Shown here piece by piece: positions 35,800-48,600 of a stretch of DNA of 64,000 nt. The stretch lies in NCBI RefSeq assembly GCF_033026475.1, contig NC_090210.1, positions 20,383,376 to 20,447,375 on the forward strand, read 5' to 3'. The position numbers and the translations under genes were made by a program. Below the pieces are notes generated by a model. The model saw nothing but the letters and a program-made list of their open reading frames with translations, did no database searches and was not told where the DNA came from. The DNA comes from Channa argus (lineage: Eukaryota). Each line of letters starts with the position of its first letter. Position 1 is the stretch's first letter.

Positions 35800-36199
35800 G
35801 AGGAGGGGGCCACAGTGGAACTGAGGACATCTGCAGAGGCCCAGGAGCTGTAAATTTCAGCTGATATACAAAGTTCTAATAATTAGTAACAATTAGAGGG
35901 GTGCCTATATTTCACACATTTCTATTACACAGCACCTGAAAGAAACTACAAATAGATACATCACACCTTGTGCAGATTATTTGAAGGCGTTTACATTGTG
36001 GTGGGGATACTCTCCTCTTCAACATGACCTTTACATTTTATAGATTGGGTTAAGCCTACACAATGAATTATTTCGGATTAAATACACGGACATTGACATA
36101 CTTAAAAGTATTCACTGTAGATATTCTACCTTTTTGGGTTTTCAAAACTAGAATCAAAGCCTATAACTACGTTTAGGTGTAGTAAATAACATGGTACAA

Positions 36200-36420
36200 T
36201 ACCAGACTGCTCAGGTTCTTCAGTTTTCTGTCACAGTTCAAAGACATGTTAGGTTAACTGGTGACTCTAAATTGCCCATTGGTGTAAATGTGAGTGTAAA
36301 TGGTTGTCCCTATGTGCATGTCTCTCTGTGGCCCTGAGATGGACTGGCAACCCCCATCCAGGGTGGACTCAGGAGACTGCTGGGATAGGCTCCAGGCCCC
36401 CCCGTGATCCTGAACAGGAT
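36200..36420 (+). repeat. SINE/LINE-tail repeat (same family as 5700-5995), in the SLC6-C/pold3 3' intergenic region
   Basis: ttcaaagacatgttaggttaactggtgactctaaattgcccattggtgtaaatgtgagtgtaaatgg...gactggcaacccccatccagggtggac...ggctccaggccccc. Confidence 0.65.
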
Positions 36421-36765
36421 AATAGAGCACTGCAAATTAAAGTAATTCAAACATTAAAGCATCCCTACTTCTGAGAATGGAATAACTTAACAGTCAACTT
36501 TACCACAATAAGAATATCATATTTTTTAATATCAAACTTTTATTATTATTTTTTTTTTCTTCCATTTTGTGTCAAGGCATTTCACTTTTTAACTTTTCAA
36601 GCTTTATTTAGTTGGTGTTAAACTGAAATGGTATAAGACATTTGTCATGCTGAATTGGACACATCCAAGTTACATAACGTGTGTCAGATGAGAGTCACTT
36701 ATTTCAGAAAGTCTGCTCACTGCTTGGTCCTGAGAGCCGATTGAAGACTTGGACGTCGTCTTCTG

Positions 36766-36971
36766 TTATTTCTTATGGAAAAATCCCATAATTGAAGCTT
36801 GTTTAGTTCCTTTATTTGTGTTTGCTGAAGTTTTCTTGTGACTTTTCTTCTCATCTTCTTTGCTACTTGCTGATATATTTGATGGGACAGGATCCTTTGG
36901 AGCTTGTTTAGTGGCTTGAAGATCATCTTCATTTTCAGAGTACGATTCACTCTCATAGCCTTTCTCTGTCA
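36766..36971 (-). CDS. pold3: pold3 last coding exon including the PIP box and stop
   Basis: Acceptor ccaaag at 36973-36972. Stop TAA (minus strand) ending at 36766. QASIMGFF fits the PCNA-interaction consensus Qxx[ILM]xx[FY][FY]. Confidence 0.85.
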
Positions 36972-39900
36972 CTTTGGAATAAAGGTAATCCAGAGTTAAT
37001 ACATACTCCTAAACATTGTTTTGATAATTCCAAATGCATTTTTCACATTTATACTGTGTCGCCATGTTTCTGGTGAAACAAACCTCTTATGTTGGACATG
37101 GCCTGTACAAATATGGCCATAGATCTGTAGTGTGTTCAATTGAATTCAAAGGTTTAATGTACTTTTATTTTAACCTGAATACAAAATTTGAAGAACCTTT
37201 AAAATATAAAATGTAATGTTTAGCAGTAGCACATAATATTTGAATAAACAAATAAAAAGTTCAAAGTTGGCATGTTGTAGTATAATATCCCACAGATGTG
37301 ATTTAATCATTAGAGTTTATACTCATCTATGTGTTTTTCGTACCCATGCATCCTTCGTCATCTACAAAGATACGAGATTTGAGGACTTTTCTCGTCTTCC
37401 TTGTCTCCGTTTTAGAGTGACCCTGCTGTGGAAGGAAGCCACATACAGTATGAACAAATTACATATTCCTGAGTTTAAATACATAAAGAGCAGTTCATCA
37501 AACACAATTAGAGGAATAAATTGATTTGACATCAACCAATGTTAAATCAACACTACTGTTGAGCACTTACATGTGGTTGTGAAACAGACTCCGTCTCCTT
37601 TTTGGGACTTGGTGATGGCTCTCTTGTTACCATCTGCTGTGGAGAATCTGGAATCACTGAAGAGGTGAACAAACATTTGTTTATTATAATTAACTCAAAC
37701 AGCTTTTTGTCCCCTCTTCATAAATTCTTACTGCAAGATTAATAAAACACATCTTAAACATAGCTTAGAACTCATCTGCACTGGGACTGAAAAACCTTCA
37801 TAATTAAGCACTGCAGAGCTCCAGGCACGATGGCAAGTGGATGACAGAGGTTTGGAGTGCATGAGGTAGAATATTTTGTTATATATACGCAAGGTAAAGT
37901 GAAACCATAATTACTTCACAATAGAAGAAGTTAGAACAATCTCAGAAAAACAAACAAAAAAAACCCATCATGACATCACTGTATGAAAAATTCCCCCATT
38001 TATCGTATATTCTCATAAAGGCTCCCAAGTGCTCTTCTCACACCCTGTTCCTGAGTTTTGTTGTCAGCTACTGAAATTGACATTGATTTGTCTTTGTTCA
38101 ATAAATTCTTTTAAGTCAACACATGTGATCTTAGGTTACCATGGGCAGTCTGATACAACCACAGGCTATGTGTGGGGGTCTTTAACTACTCCTGGCTCCT
38201 AGCCAGATGTGCTAGGTTTTATTCTAATTGCTAATTCCCCTTCAACTTGCGTTTATCCCATAGTCCCATGTGTGACAGATGCTTATGCTAACAGCAGAAC
38301 CCTCAGTCCCTCGTCCAAAATGTCAAAAGTGAATCAGATGAAAAAAGAAAAAGAACGAGAAAGTTGTAAATGTTTACAAATGATTATCTTTAAATTAGTG
38401 CATATCGAATGATCTTAGAAATGTTTTGCCAGATAGAGTTAAATGTAATGCTTACTAGGACTATTAACTTTCCAACCAAACTAACACCATCTACCCCTCC
38501 TTAGTGACGCGATGTCTGAAACTCTATTTGAAGAGTCAAGGCCTATTTGAATTGTTTTACCATTCATTGTTATGCTAGTTTGACAAAGAAAACAATGTTG
38601 GAACTTAAAAAAAGAAAAAAGAAAAAGAAAAAACAAGTGACTCACCATCTTCATCACTGCTGTCTGGGTCAGGTTTCTTAATTCTTCGCCTTTTTTTCTT
38701 CTCCATTTTTTCCTCTTCACTGTCAGAATCCTCTGTTCGTTTGTTTTTGCTTCACAAAGTAAAGGATTTTTTTACTTTAAATACATAACTTTCAAATCAT
38801 TCATACGGGTAAAACAATTCAATTCATTTTTGACATTTATAGCCCTGAGAACATTTAATCTAGAAAAACTGCGTTCCTATCCCCCCCCCCATCACAAATC
38901 ACTAATGCTAACAAATATTTGCCCTCCATTAAAACAATCCCAAGGGTTTCATTGGTGCATGGTGTGTTGTTTTATGTGCTAAACAGAAGCTGTGAAGTCC
39001 CATCTGGTTGGACAACTTTTGTGTTCTTATCTTACTAAATGCCAAAACCGGAGCAACAGTCTCATCTTTGGCTGCGGTAATCGCAAGGTAAACAACATGG
39101 TGTGTGGACACTGTATGTTTGCTTGCTTATACATGACGTGCCAACAAAGCGATAGGTTGGATGAGATTTTGTGGCAGAAAAATATAACCCAGATTCAAGT
39201 TTCTTCATGCACTACAGCGTATTGTTTTAGGTTAAAACCTTTCCCACTTAATGTATGAAAAGGGTCGTTTTGTCCTACAGAATGAAAAGTCTGTCTGAAC
39301 ACGGCCTATTCTTTGAATATTTGAAGTGATCCACAATCAAAGCTGATGCCTTTTTCCATGCAATAATATTTTAGGAAGCAAACACACCTCCTGGAGTCTT
39401 TCTTAGTTTCTTTTTGTGGCTCCACCTTAGCAGCCTCCTGTTTGTCTTCAGGGTGAGAACTCAGACACTCCTGCTCTGTAGTGGATGACTGAGCGGCTCC
39501 TACCGCTTTCACAGTTTTGTCTCCTTCACAGAAAAGTATTTGGTTAAAATGTTGGTGACAGAATATAGCTGGCAAGTGTGACTGCTAGTCGATCTGCCCT
39601 TTTTTCTTATCCCGTGAGCTCAGGGTCGCATAAGCGGCTCATTGTCAGTGATTTGGCAATGTCTTTATTTCTACCGGGCTTGGACCAGCACTGCACAGCT
39701 GGGGAGGGGAATGGGCAAGTGTGACTGCTAGTAACATCTGTATATAGACTGACATCAACATCAAACACATTAACTGTCTATATCCGTCAAGGGTGTTGAG
39801 CATCATCTGCAAAAATTACCATTGTTAGTTACATTTTCACATTTCCTTAAAATACCGTCAACTAGTGGTAATACATACAACTTTTTTTGGTAGTTTGTGA

Positions 39901-42446
39901 CCCTATATTTAGTATGTGTGTACATGCATCTTTGGCAGCAAAATTATGTAACATTTAAGGTTACAGAACCTGCTATATCTGAAACTGAGTTATCATATAT
40001 TACTGCTCCTATTATTACTCACTTGTTGCTTGACTCGCAAAGAAGTTCATCATCATATTGGCTTTTCCAGTTGGCTTACTTTTGGGGGCATCAGCCTAAA
40101 ATACAAAACACATTCATACTTAAAGAAAGTAATAACGATTATTTCTGTAATTGAGTACCTTTCCACCAAAAGAATAGCAATCCATACCACAGGTGCATTT
40201 TCTTTCTGGTCTGACTTAATCTCTTCCTTGTCCTGGTTCTTCGGAGGAGCCTTATTTGTGAACATTCCCATGATGCCTTTTGGAGGCTTGGTGGAAGGTT
40301 TTGATGAGCTGGCATCTCCATTCATGTCAGATTTTTTATTTTCAGTCTCTGTTGTGGGAGCCCGCTGTGTTTCTCTCACCTGCCGCAGCTCCACTGAGGA
40401 CATGGGCACTGCACTGGCACAGCGGATGGCACTGTATCTGCACAAACAACAAAAACACAAATTATTATTATTTTTTTTTTTAACTCAACACACATGTTGG
40501 ATTGCTTTATTTACCTCTAAGAGAGTTGATAAAAGAATGTATGGAGTACATGTTTCAAGTTTATTTTCAAGTTTCACACTTAAACTGTTGTATTGGAAAT
40601 ATTTCTATAAAAGGTTTATGCAATCTTTTTAGAATGCCTCTCATCAAAAAATAAAACTTTCCCTTTCCTCGTGTGAAAATAAGCCATTGAGTGTAGACAT
40701 TTAACCCTCCAACAATATAACATAACAACATACCTGCTGCAGTTCTTTAGATTGTCTTTCACTGCATCATAATCTACGCTGTAAAGGGGACAGCTGTCTT
40801 TCAGTAAAGCTTTCTGGACACTGTAGACATGAACACTAACTATCAAGCTCATCTTGGATTTGAAATCTGCAAAAGAAAAACCACCTGAGGTTAGACACTT
40901 CTGCTCTTCTACGACAATTATTAAAACAGAAAGAAAACAATCCCACTGCAGAACACATGAACACAGAGTTTAGTGATGTTGAGCTAGGAAAGATTTTTGC
41001 ACACCTTCCAACTGGTCCTCTCTGACAACCGACACTCTGTGACTCTAAGAGGAAACATAACACATAGCAAAATTCTCTCTGTAAAAAAACAAAAAAATAT
41101 GCAAATAACAAGTCTTGTTAATTTATGCTGTAACTCACTGCTTGGCCATTGTCTACAAACTTTCCCGATACAAGATAGGTGGCGTGGAGCTGTGCCGAAC
41201 TTTCCTTCCTCTTGTAATCCAAGTAGTGGTAGAGCATTCTAAAAAAAGCAACGTGTTTTTTTTAATTCAGAGAAAAATAGCAGCAGCATCATTGTCCACA
41301 TGAACGGATTTAAAGAAAGACATTTTAAATGTTTCCAGCCATGGTACTTTCAGACAATGCTTTAGTGTTGATATGTACAATATGTTTAGTGGGGAAAGCA
41401 ATGTTACATATCTCCAATACATATTCTCACATGCTACTCCACCATTTTAAATAATTTCATATAGTATTACCCAACAAGATGTCAGTACATAATATTAACA
41501 CATTACATGCAAGTATACATTGCTTTGCCTCATGCTGCTGGTGTATTGTAGGATATAACATTTTAATATGCTTTAGTACTAACAGTAATGCATAGGGATA
41601 AAAAAAAATATTGCATTACTGCAGAATATGGAAAATTAATCACTTGTGTCAACACTATAAAGTCCAAGAGGAATGAATTCAATGCACTATAGAATATGAC
41701 ATGTTCCATTTTCTGCATATCTTTATGAAAACAGTGTTGTGGGGAGAAGCAGCGAATACTCACTGTTTTGCTGTATTGACATGGACTCCCAGAGTTAGAC
41801 TCAGCCATTTGTAGGTCACCTATTTCATAAAAAGAGGTTAAAATACATTTTTAGATACGCATGTTACTTGCTACACGAACGATGGAACTAGGGGTAAGGC
41901 ACGACAGTGGGTTGCCATGTCCATGTGTAAACACTAACGTTATCCAACGAAAACCTGCAGAGCGATCCTAACGTTACAATTCATTATAGCTCCAGGTGCA
42001 CGAATAACAGAACGTCCACCTTTGTCATTGATGCAACATTTGAGAAACCTGTGCGTCTTTCCAAATCACAGCTAACAGTTATCGACGACGAACAGTAGTA
42101 AGAGATGCCACCAACTCTAATGGAGATTACCTGGAGTTTGGGTGCAACTAGCTAAATACTTCGTACGTCGAATTAGTCACCGGCGGAGATTAAGTCGCCC
42201 ACATGGCAAAGCTGTAACTTAAACTGTAACCATGCTGGGAATATGTGTCGCCCTGTTAGCAGACTGGTGTGTTTTTGAACGCCATTCAATGGTCGATTCG
42301 ATCGAAGCCAACTCAGTTTTAACCTCAATAAACGGCTATTTGCGCGCCGAAAAAGGCGTCGAAGTCACAAGTCTAAACGGTGCACTTACTATCTTATTGT
42401 GGTCATTGACAAATTCGTCGATATTATCCAAATAAAGCTCGTCCAT
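36766..42446 (-). CDS. pold3: DNA polymerase delta subunit 3 (p66/p68), multi-exon gene on the minus strand
   Basis: Exon-by-exon match to vertebrate POLD3. MDELYLDNIDEFVNDHNKI (42390-42446), VTYKWLSLTLGVHVNTAKQ (41764-41819), MLYHYLDYKRKESSAQLHATYLVSGKFVDNGQA (41139-41238), SHRVSVVREDQLE (41005-41044), DFKSKMSLIVSVHVYSVQKALLKDSCPLYSVDYDAVKDNLKNCS (40734-40866), RYSAIRCASAVP...PKGIMGMFTNKAPPKNQDKEE (40188-40446), ...EDSDSEEEKMEKKKRRRIKKPDPDSSDEDG (38646-38749), IPDSPQQMVTREPSPSPKKETE (37571-37656), QGHSKTETRKTRKVLKSRIFVDDEGCM (37344-37425) and VTEKGYESESYSENED...TKQASIMGFFHKK plus stop (36766-36971), the C-terminal PIP box. A probable additional exon lies at 39403-39540 (FCEGDKTVKAVGAAQ...KKDSRR). 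Confidence 0.9.
39590..39725. repeat. Interspersed repeat in a pold3 intron, an inverted copy of 13560-13750
   Basis: ccgggcttggaccagcactgcacagctggggag is the reverse complement of ctccccagctgtggagtgctggtccaagcccgg. Confidence 0.6.
42390..42446 (-). CDS. pold3: pold3 exon 1 (coding part)
   Basis: ATG at 42446-42444. Donor GTAAGT at 42389-42384. Confidence 0.85.
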
Positions 42447-42720
42447 GTTGTTTGATTATGGCTAACTATGGACGTCTTTCTTAAACCAACTTAACTGCGC
42501 GGGAATGCAGTTTATTTACTTCCTGTTAAATGTCACATGCCGGTATCTATTTCCGGTTGGCTGAGAGTCTGCGCACAGTTGCACACCGCCCTCTACAGGC
42601 CAACTCAGGCTAATGCCATTAGAACGGCGGTGATGGAGATACTGCGACTCTCTGTGAATGTGTAGTAATCCCATAAAAAAAAGATCAAAATAGCGAAGTG
42701 TTTCGAGATTTTACTTATCC
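42447..42720 (-). promoter_or_regulatory. pold3: pold3 5' UTR and promoter, a CpG-rich region with an E2F-like element
   Basis: High CpG density (tcgtacgtcg, ggtcgattcgatcgaagcc, gcgcgccgaaaaaggcgtcgaag, ctgcgcgggaatgc, tttccggttggc). The minus strand carries TTCCCGCGC at about 42496-42504, resembling the E2F TTTSSCGC site. It sits immediately upstream of the start codon. Confidence 0.45.
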
Positions 42721-44789
42721 TGTGATTCATCAAATGATCTGAATGAAAATCAAATAAAAATTATATTTACTGCCCATCCACGTACAAAGCCTAACCTCTA
42801 CTCATGAGAGGGAGACAATTCCCCTGTAAGATTATATGTTTGCAAATTGACAGGTGAAAAACAGTTTTTTTATTACTTCATATTGCTAGTAAATTTGCCA
42901 AGATGGCGTGATTTGCTGTGATCAATGAGCTCAATGTTGTGTCACATGAATACTTTGATCTGTGAATAATTAAGTATCTGTCACATTTGGAAGAGCTTTC
43001 ACTGGTATATTTCATTGTTTGCATCTACTTTAGTAAAAAATGCATCAGGAGATTGCACCGACTGAACATTTATCAGCAAATATACAGTTCGTCCCTGCTT
43101 TTACCACCACTGTATTCAAACCTTCCACAACGGAAATGATGCCGAGAGCAAGAAGAACTGAAAAATCCAGCAATGTTTGTTTCAGGCAATTTTATTTAAT
43201 AAAAAACATGATATTTATTCTACATTTTAATCAGGCACTAACCTTCAACATCTCCCAGACTTAAATTTACCCTCATTTATCAATTTTTTCAGTATTTGTT
43301 TTTCAGAAGACAGCTTCTTACAGTCTAATAAAGAACAAGCTAAATCAATCATATTTTTAGCAGGTGCTGCTTTCATTAGAATACTAGATTGCACAATAAA
43401 GATTGCAAGAGCAGAAGTAGAATATCTAACTTCTTTTCATACAAAATGTATGGAGTGGACTTGACAAATGTCATCAGTGGCACCAAGTGTCAACTCAAAA
43501 AAGTAACTCATCATTTGACTTAAACCGTTTAACCTTTTTGTCAAAATCACATAACTGCAGCAGCTATTCAACATGCTGATTTCATGATTTGCAAACTGTT
43601 GGTTTAGCCACAAGAATTAAAGTTTATAAAATGGCTCATGGATAATTATCCATGGCCAGGAAATGGAAATATACAGCTCCATTAGAGAAAGTTATAAATA
43701 GTGTAGGTGAGGCTCCTCCACAGGCTGCAGGGAAAAGATCAGCAGCCATTATTAGTGTACCACAGCACAGTCAATATAAAATCTGAATTTTAATGAGCTG
43801 TTGATGTATTAAATCTACTTGAAATATTAAACCTTCAATTACCTCATCGTCAGCTGTATGTTTTTCAAACAAATCACTGGTCAACACGAGGGCAGCTTCC
43901 TGGAAGGGCTCATACATCACTCGTTAGGATAAATTCATTTCGCTACAGTTTAGAAATATGAATTTGATGATTGCATACTGTACATGTTGATGGGGTATGA
44001 TGTGTTTACTAGTAAAAATGGTTTCATCTACTGTTACAGCAATAAAAAGACCAACAATCAATGCAGTCATAGATTTGTCAGCCATGTTCATTATGGCCAT
44101 CATAGTGTGCAAAGTACTGATGACAGTAATGATGACAGGTTTCGAGTTTTAATTCTAGAAAATAAAATTACCTTTTCATCCTACATCATACCGGAGAGGA
44201 CAATAACATAATCACACTAGCATCCTCAGACACAATTTGCCAGCGAGGTTAATTTAAAGGGTCAGTGCAAACAAATTACATATAGATAAAAATGATTGCA
44301 GTTGCAACACTATGAATAAATGTTTTAACAGAAATGTATCTGCTAAAGAAATGGCCCCTGTGAAGATCTTTGAATGTTTTTAAAGGGACACTTCAGAATT
44401 AGTCACTCATCGTATGCTGCTTGTGGACACAGTAGCACAGTGTCCCTAGGCGCCGTTAGATTAATTTATTTTAATAAAAAAAATAATCTGAGTTGGACAC
44501 AAACATGAGACAAAAAGCTGAAAAGATAAGACATATTTTTGCAAGCAGCTTACTGGAAGATGCTATCGAGTTGCCTTATGGGAAATAGGATCCCTTATTT
44601 TTAGAGCTTGATCCATATTAATAGCAAAAAGACCAAACCTCATTTCCAGAAAACATGTAACGCTGTGTCAGATGTAAATAAAGAGGACCAACTCATTTGC
44701 CATCTGTTTTTAAAATGACTGTTACAAAAACGATATGTATAAAATTTTAACCCAGAGAAATACATTTTTTAAAAGAAATATATACACAT

Positions 44790-45670
44790 TTTAAGGTTGA
44801 TGCCATCAGTAATTCTTTATAAAAAACAACTGATGACTAATAGACCATTTTAACTCATGACCACATTGGCAACAGGTCAGTAACATGACTGTGTATAAAA
44901 AGAGCATCACAAAGAAGTTCAGTAAAGATAGGGCGATGTTCAGCACTCTGGGAAAAAAAGGCCTTTCATTGTCTACAGTTCCTAATAATCTCTGCACATA
45001 AGGGACAAGACCAAAATTCAATATTGGATGGATGTGAACTTCAGGTCCTCACAGGCGTCACTACATTTAAAACATATGTTTCTGCATTAGAAATCACAGC
45101 ATTGGCTCAGGAAAACCTCTGAAAACCGTTGTCAGTGAACAGAGTTTTTTATTGCATCCACAAATGGAAGTTAAATCTCATGCAAAAAAACAAAACACCA
45201 TATATAAAGTAGACCCATAAACACTGCCACCTTTACTGAAAATGAACTGAGGAGAAATGGAAAACTGACCTGCCTGCAGTCCAGACCTGTTATCCATTGA
45301 GAATATTCAAAGCATTATGATGCAATAAATACAACAAAGGAGGCCCTGAATCTGCTGAGCAGCTGAAATCCAATATCAAGAAAGAATGAGAAAAGTTTTT
45401 GCTCTAACTAAATTAGATTAAAGCTAAATTGAACCGAGCTCCTCAGTTCCCAAAAAGGGATGGAGAGTTGATGCAACACAGAGGCCAACATGCCGCCATC
45501 ATGACTTTTTTAAATTGCTGGCAACAACAATTTTCTCAGTTTACACTCAATATGTTTTCATTGTAGTATTTACATTAAAATATTGCTTTTCAAATCATTG
45601 TCTTTTTATTTTCTTTTGCTTAAATACAGTGTTCCAACTTTTCTGGAAATGGGGTCTGTACAGTACTTGA
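44790..45670 (+). mobile_element. Tc1/mariner element remnant (transposase C-terminal region plus a terminal repeat)
   Basis: Translation ...SPDLLSIENIQSIMMQ.IQQRRP...ELKSNIKKE.EKF.LTKL...VPKKGWRVDATQ matches the mariner/Tc1 C-terminus (PDLNPIENIW...KKGGATKY). The terminal ttccaacttttctggaaatggggtctgta is related to the TIR family at 30800-30830. caacaggtcagtaacatgactg is shared with 30250-30275. Confidence 0.6.
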
Positions 45671-48600
45671 CCAGTTATTTTATAATGTGTTGTCTACAAG
45701 CAAACAAGTCAGAGCAAATTTACTTCAGGTTCCCCAGACTTGAGCTGTTTTATAGAAGTTCAATATTTTTAAAGTGAAAGAGAAATTAAACCGATACATC
45801 CAGGACTAAACCACTAGAAAATCCACACACGTATTATGTACAAAGTTACAAAAGAACCTCAAACCTGTGATACATAGTACAGAAGATAATTTATTCAAGC
45901 AGTATCTCATCTCTGTTGCAATAAGATGATCTTATACAATATTTAGAATGCAGCGGCTGTGAATCTTCAGTTCACTGCACAACAGAGGAACCGGACAGCC
46001 CACGAGACAACTTCTAATAGAAATGTCAAGCAGAGGGGCAGTGACGTGCAGCAGATGGGGGAAAAAAATATTCCCATAGTGGTGATGAAGTAGAATAACA
46101 ATCATCTCAAAGACTCAGAGTTTGTCTTTCTTTAGCTGGTCAGTGCCTGGTTCGTCTGGAGCCTCTGAGGCCCGGCAGAGTTGGAAAGTGCAGAGTAATC
46201 ACGGCGTTAAGAAATGCTTTGGTCAACTGAGACAAGTCATTGTATGTACAATGGATCATGTTATGGCAATTGTGCTAAAATACTTTACTGATAAACTTTT
46301 GCACTGTTCTCCTACACATGTTACGGTGGCAGCATAATTGTGGCTTAGATCATGTTCAGAGGGAACATTTTTTAATTGAGAAAAGTTTATGCTTATTAAG
46401 TGCAGGGTAAGTTGTGAAGGTGACTGCAGTTTGCATCTGCAGTCCCATCTGGGGGTCAGGGAAGAAAAGCTCTTTAGTTTTGGTTAAATGTAGAATACAT
46501 CAACATGTTTTTCCAGTCACAGTGGACTTTGGTTGCATATTGAATCAGACGACAGTCTTTCCCTAACCCTAAATAATTGCTGTGAGAGTCTAAAATTAAC
46601 CGTAAAATATGGAATAATGTGGGATTCACCCGCAAGATCAGAGATTTTAGTCTGTGAAGATGTACTGAGACATTTTTGCAACATGCCTACTATGTAAATT
46701 ACATTTCTTTACTATGCATTGTGTTAAAATGACTTTCAAGGTGTCAGACAATTGGATCCACAGCGTCAGACTTGAAATGCAATCACATTTCCCTTGAAAA
46801 TGAGTTTTGTTCAAATGTGATCGCTGGGAGTTGGTTGCTGAGGAGCACTGTCTGTGTTTGTTCAGGGAAATACTTGGTGCTGAATATTCAAGATGTGCTG
46901 AATATACTGTATCGTAGATTCTAATAAACCTGTGTGTGTGCTGTGTGGTGTGATGCAGTAATAAAGCTGAAATTTTTGAACAATACTGAGCAATGAGAGA
47001 ACATTTAAATTAAAGACTAAAGCATGTTTACCCTTGATCATTCTGTTTGGTAGTTTTTATGTGTTGTTAATTGATATCACATTTATAAAAGTTCCCTTTT
47101 CATGTGCATTAGCCTCAAATCGTTTTTGTTCTCTCTCATTTTTCCGCCCTTTTGATGAAAGTTTCTATTTAAATCAAGTTTCCTTATGTGTTTATCACCG
47201 GGAGTCCATTTTGAGAAACTGCTATAAAATATATATATAGTTTCATCCTAATGAAGTACACCACATTTAAACCACACGACTATACTACATTTTGAATAGC
47301 AGTAATTAGAAAGAACAATGTTAAACCTTCACTTCTTGGTTTAGATAATCAATTTAAGTTTTAGTTTTGTATTAAAAAGCTGGACCTAAACTTATTTTTT
47401 AGAGATTTGAGAGAATCTGGATCCAGTACTGGCATTTGATACTCAATTCAAGATTCAGTTAAGAGCTATCAGTCCCTACTGTAACCTTACTAATGTCCCA
47501 CTAAAAGGAGAACTTGAGCTCTCCAGCAGCCCCTGTGGTTATATCAAGTTCTTCTTCGGAAGGTGAGGCGCAAGAAAACCTTAAACCTGTAAGCGAGAGA
47601 TGCTGCGTTCATTTTGTCCTCGAGAGACTCACAGCTGCCTTTGGGGAAACTCAGTTACTGTGTTTGTTGTACCTTTATTGCTCATTTTGGAATGAAAATA
47701 ATGGAGCCTCTCATTTCCAAACAACTTCATGTAATATTAAACACACACGTCCGTGTTGTTGCAGTTTACAAGTTTTAAATTCTAGATGAAATTTTGAGGA
47801 ACCAAGCTATGTTCAGCTTCAAACAAAAATATGGAAGCAGTAAGGTACCTGTCACACCGGAGAGCCACCTGCAGGTGTCACACACGGATGTAGTTTTCAC
47901 ACCATGCAGACGCACGTCTCCATGTCTCCATCTACAGAAGAAGCTGTTAATCACTGCAGAGCTGTAAAACATTCAAACCTTCAAACACTGTTTCTGTGGA
48001 TTTTTTTTCACTGGTTGAGCATTTTGCATTTTATTATTGGTGCAACTGTTTTGAAGAGAAGTTCAAAATGTATTTAGTGTTGCATGTTTTAAAAAAAAAA
48101 ACAAGTTGTATAATGCCTTTTGTGGCTCCAGAGGGAGCTGCATGACATCGGATATGAGCCAGCGTTTCTCAAATATCAAACCTGACTGAGTTGCATTGTG
48201 GGGAATGTGAGGCACTTAGGATGGACGCTTTTATCTGGTCCTGCTGCATCTGTTTTGCAATTCAAACAGGCAACAATGAATTGGTGGAGCAACATTTTTT
48301 CTTTTAGTTTGAAGTTGGGTTTTCACCCCAGACACCAAAGCAAAAAAGTGACCACAAGTGTAAACGCATGTTTTCTTATCATCGTTATACTGAAGGTTGT
48401 CGTTGATTTGTTTGCTGTCTCGCCGAAGCAAAGAGGAAATGAAGTCTGATAACAATAACTTCTCACAGTTTTACTTACACAGATCTTTGCTGTGCTCTCC
48501 TGGGCTGGCAACACAATCCATCATTCACACATGCAGCCAAACACAGCGGGTGAAACTTTAGACTTTATTGTGTTTATGTCTCGACTTAATTGACCATAAT

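Noticed and set aside
40030-40632. 200-aa ORF on the plus strand
   Set aside because: It is antisense to the well-supported pold3 exon 6 on the minus strand. The frame is open only by chance opposite a coding exon.
46540-46580. Short ccctaaccctaa motif resembling telomeric repeats
   Set aside because: Only two units. Too short to be an interstitial telomeric array.
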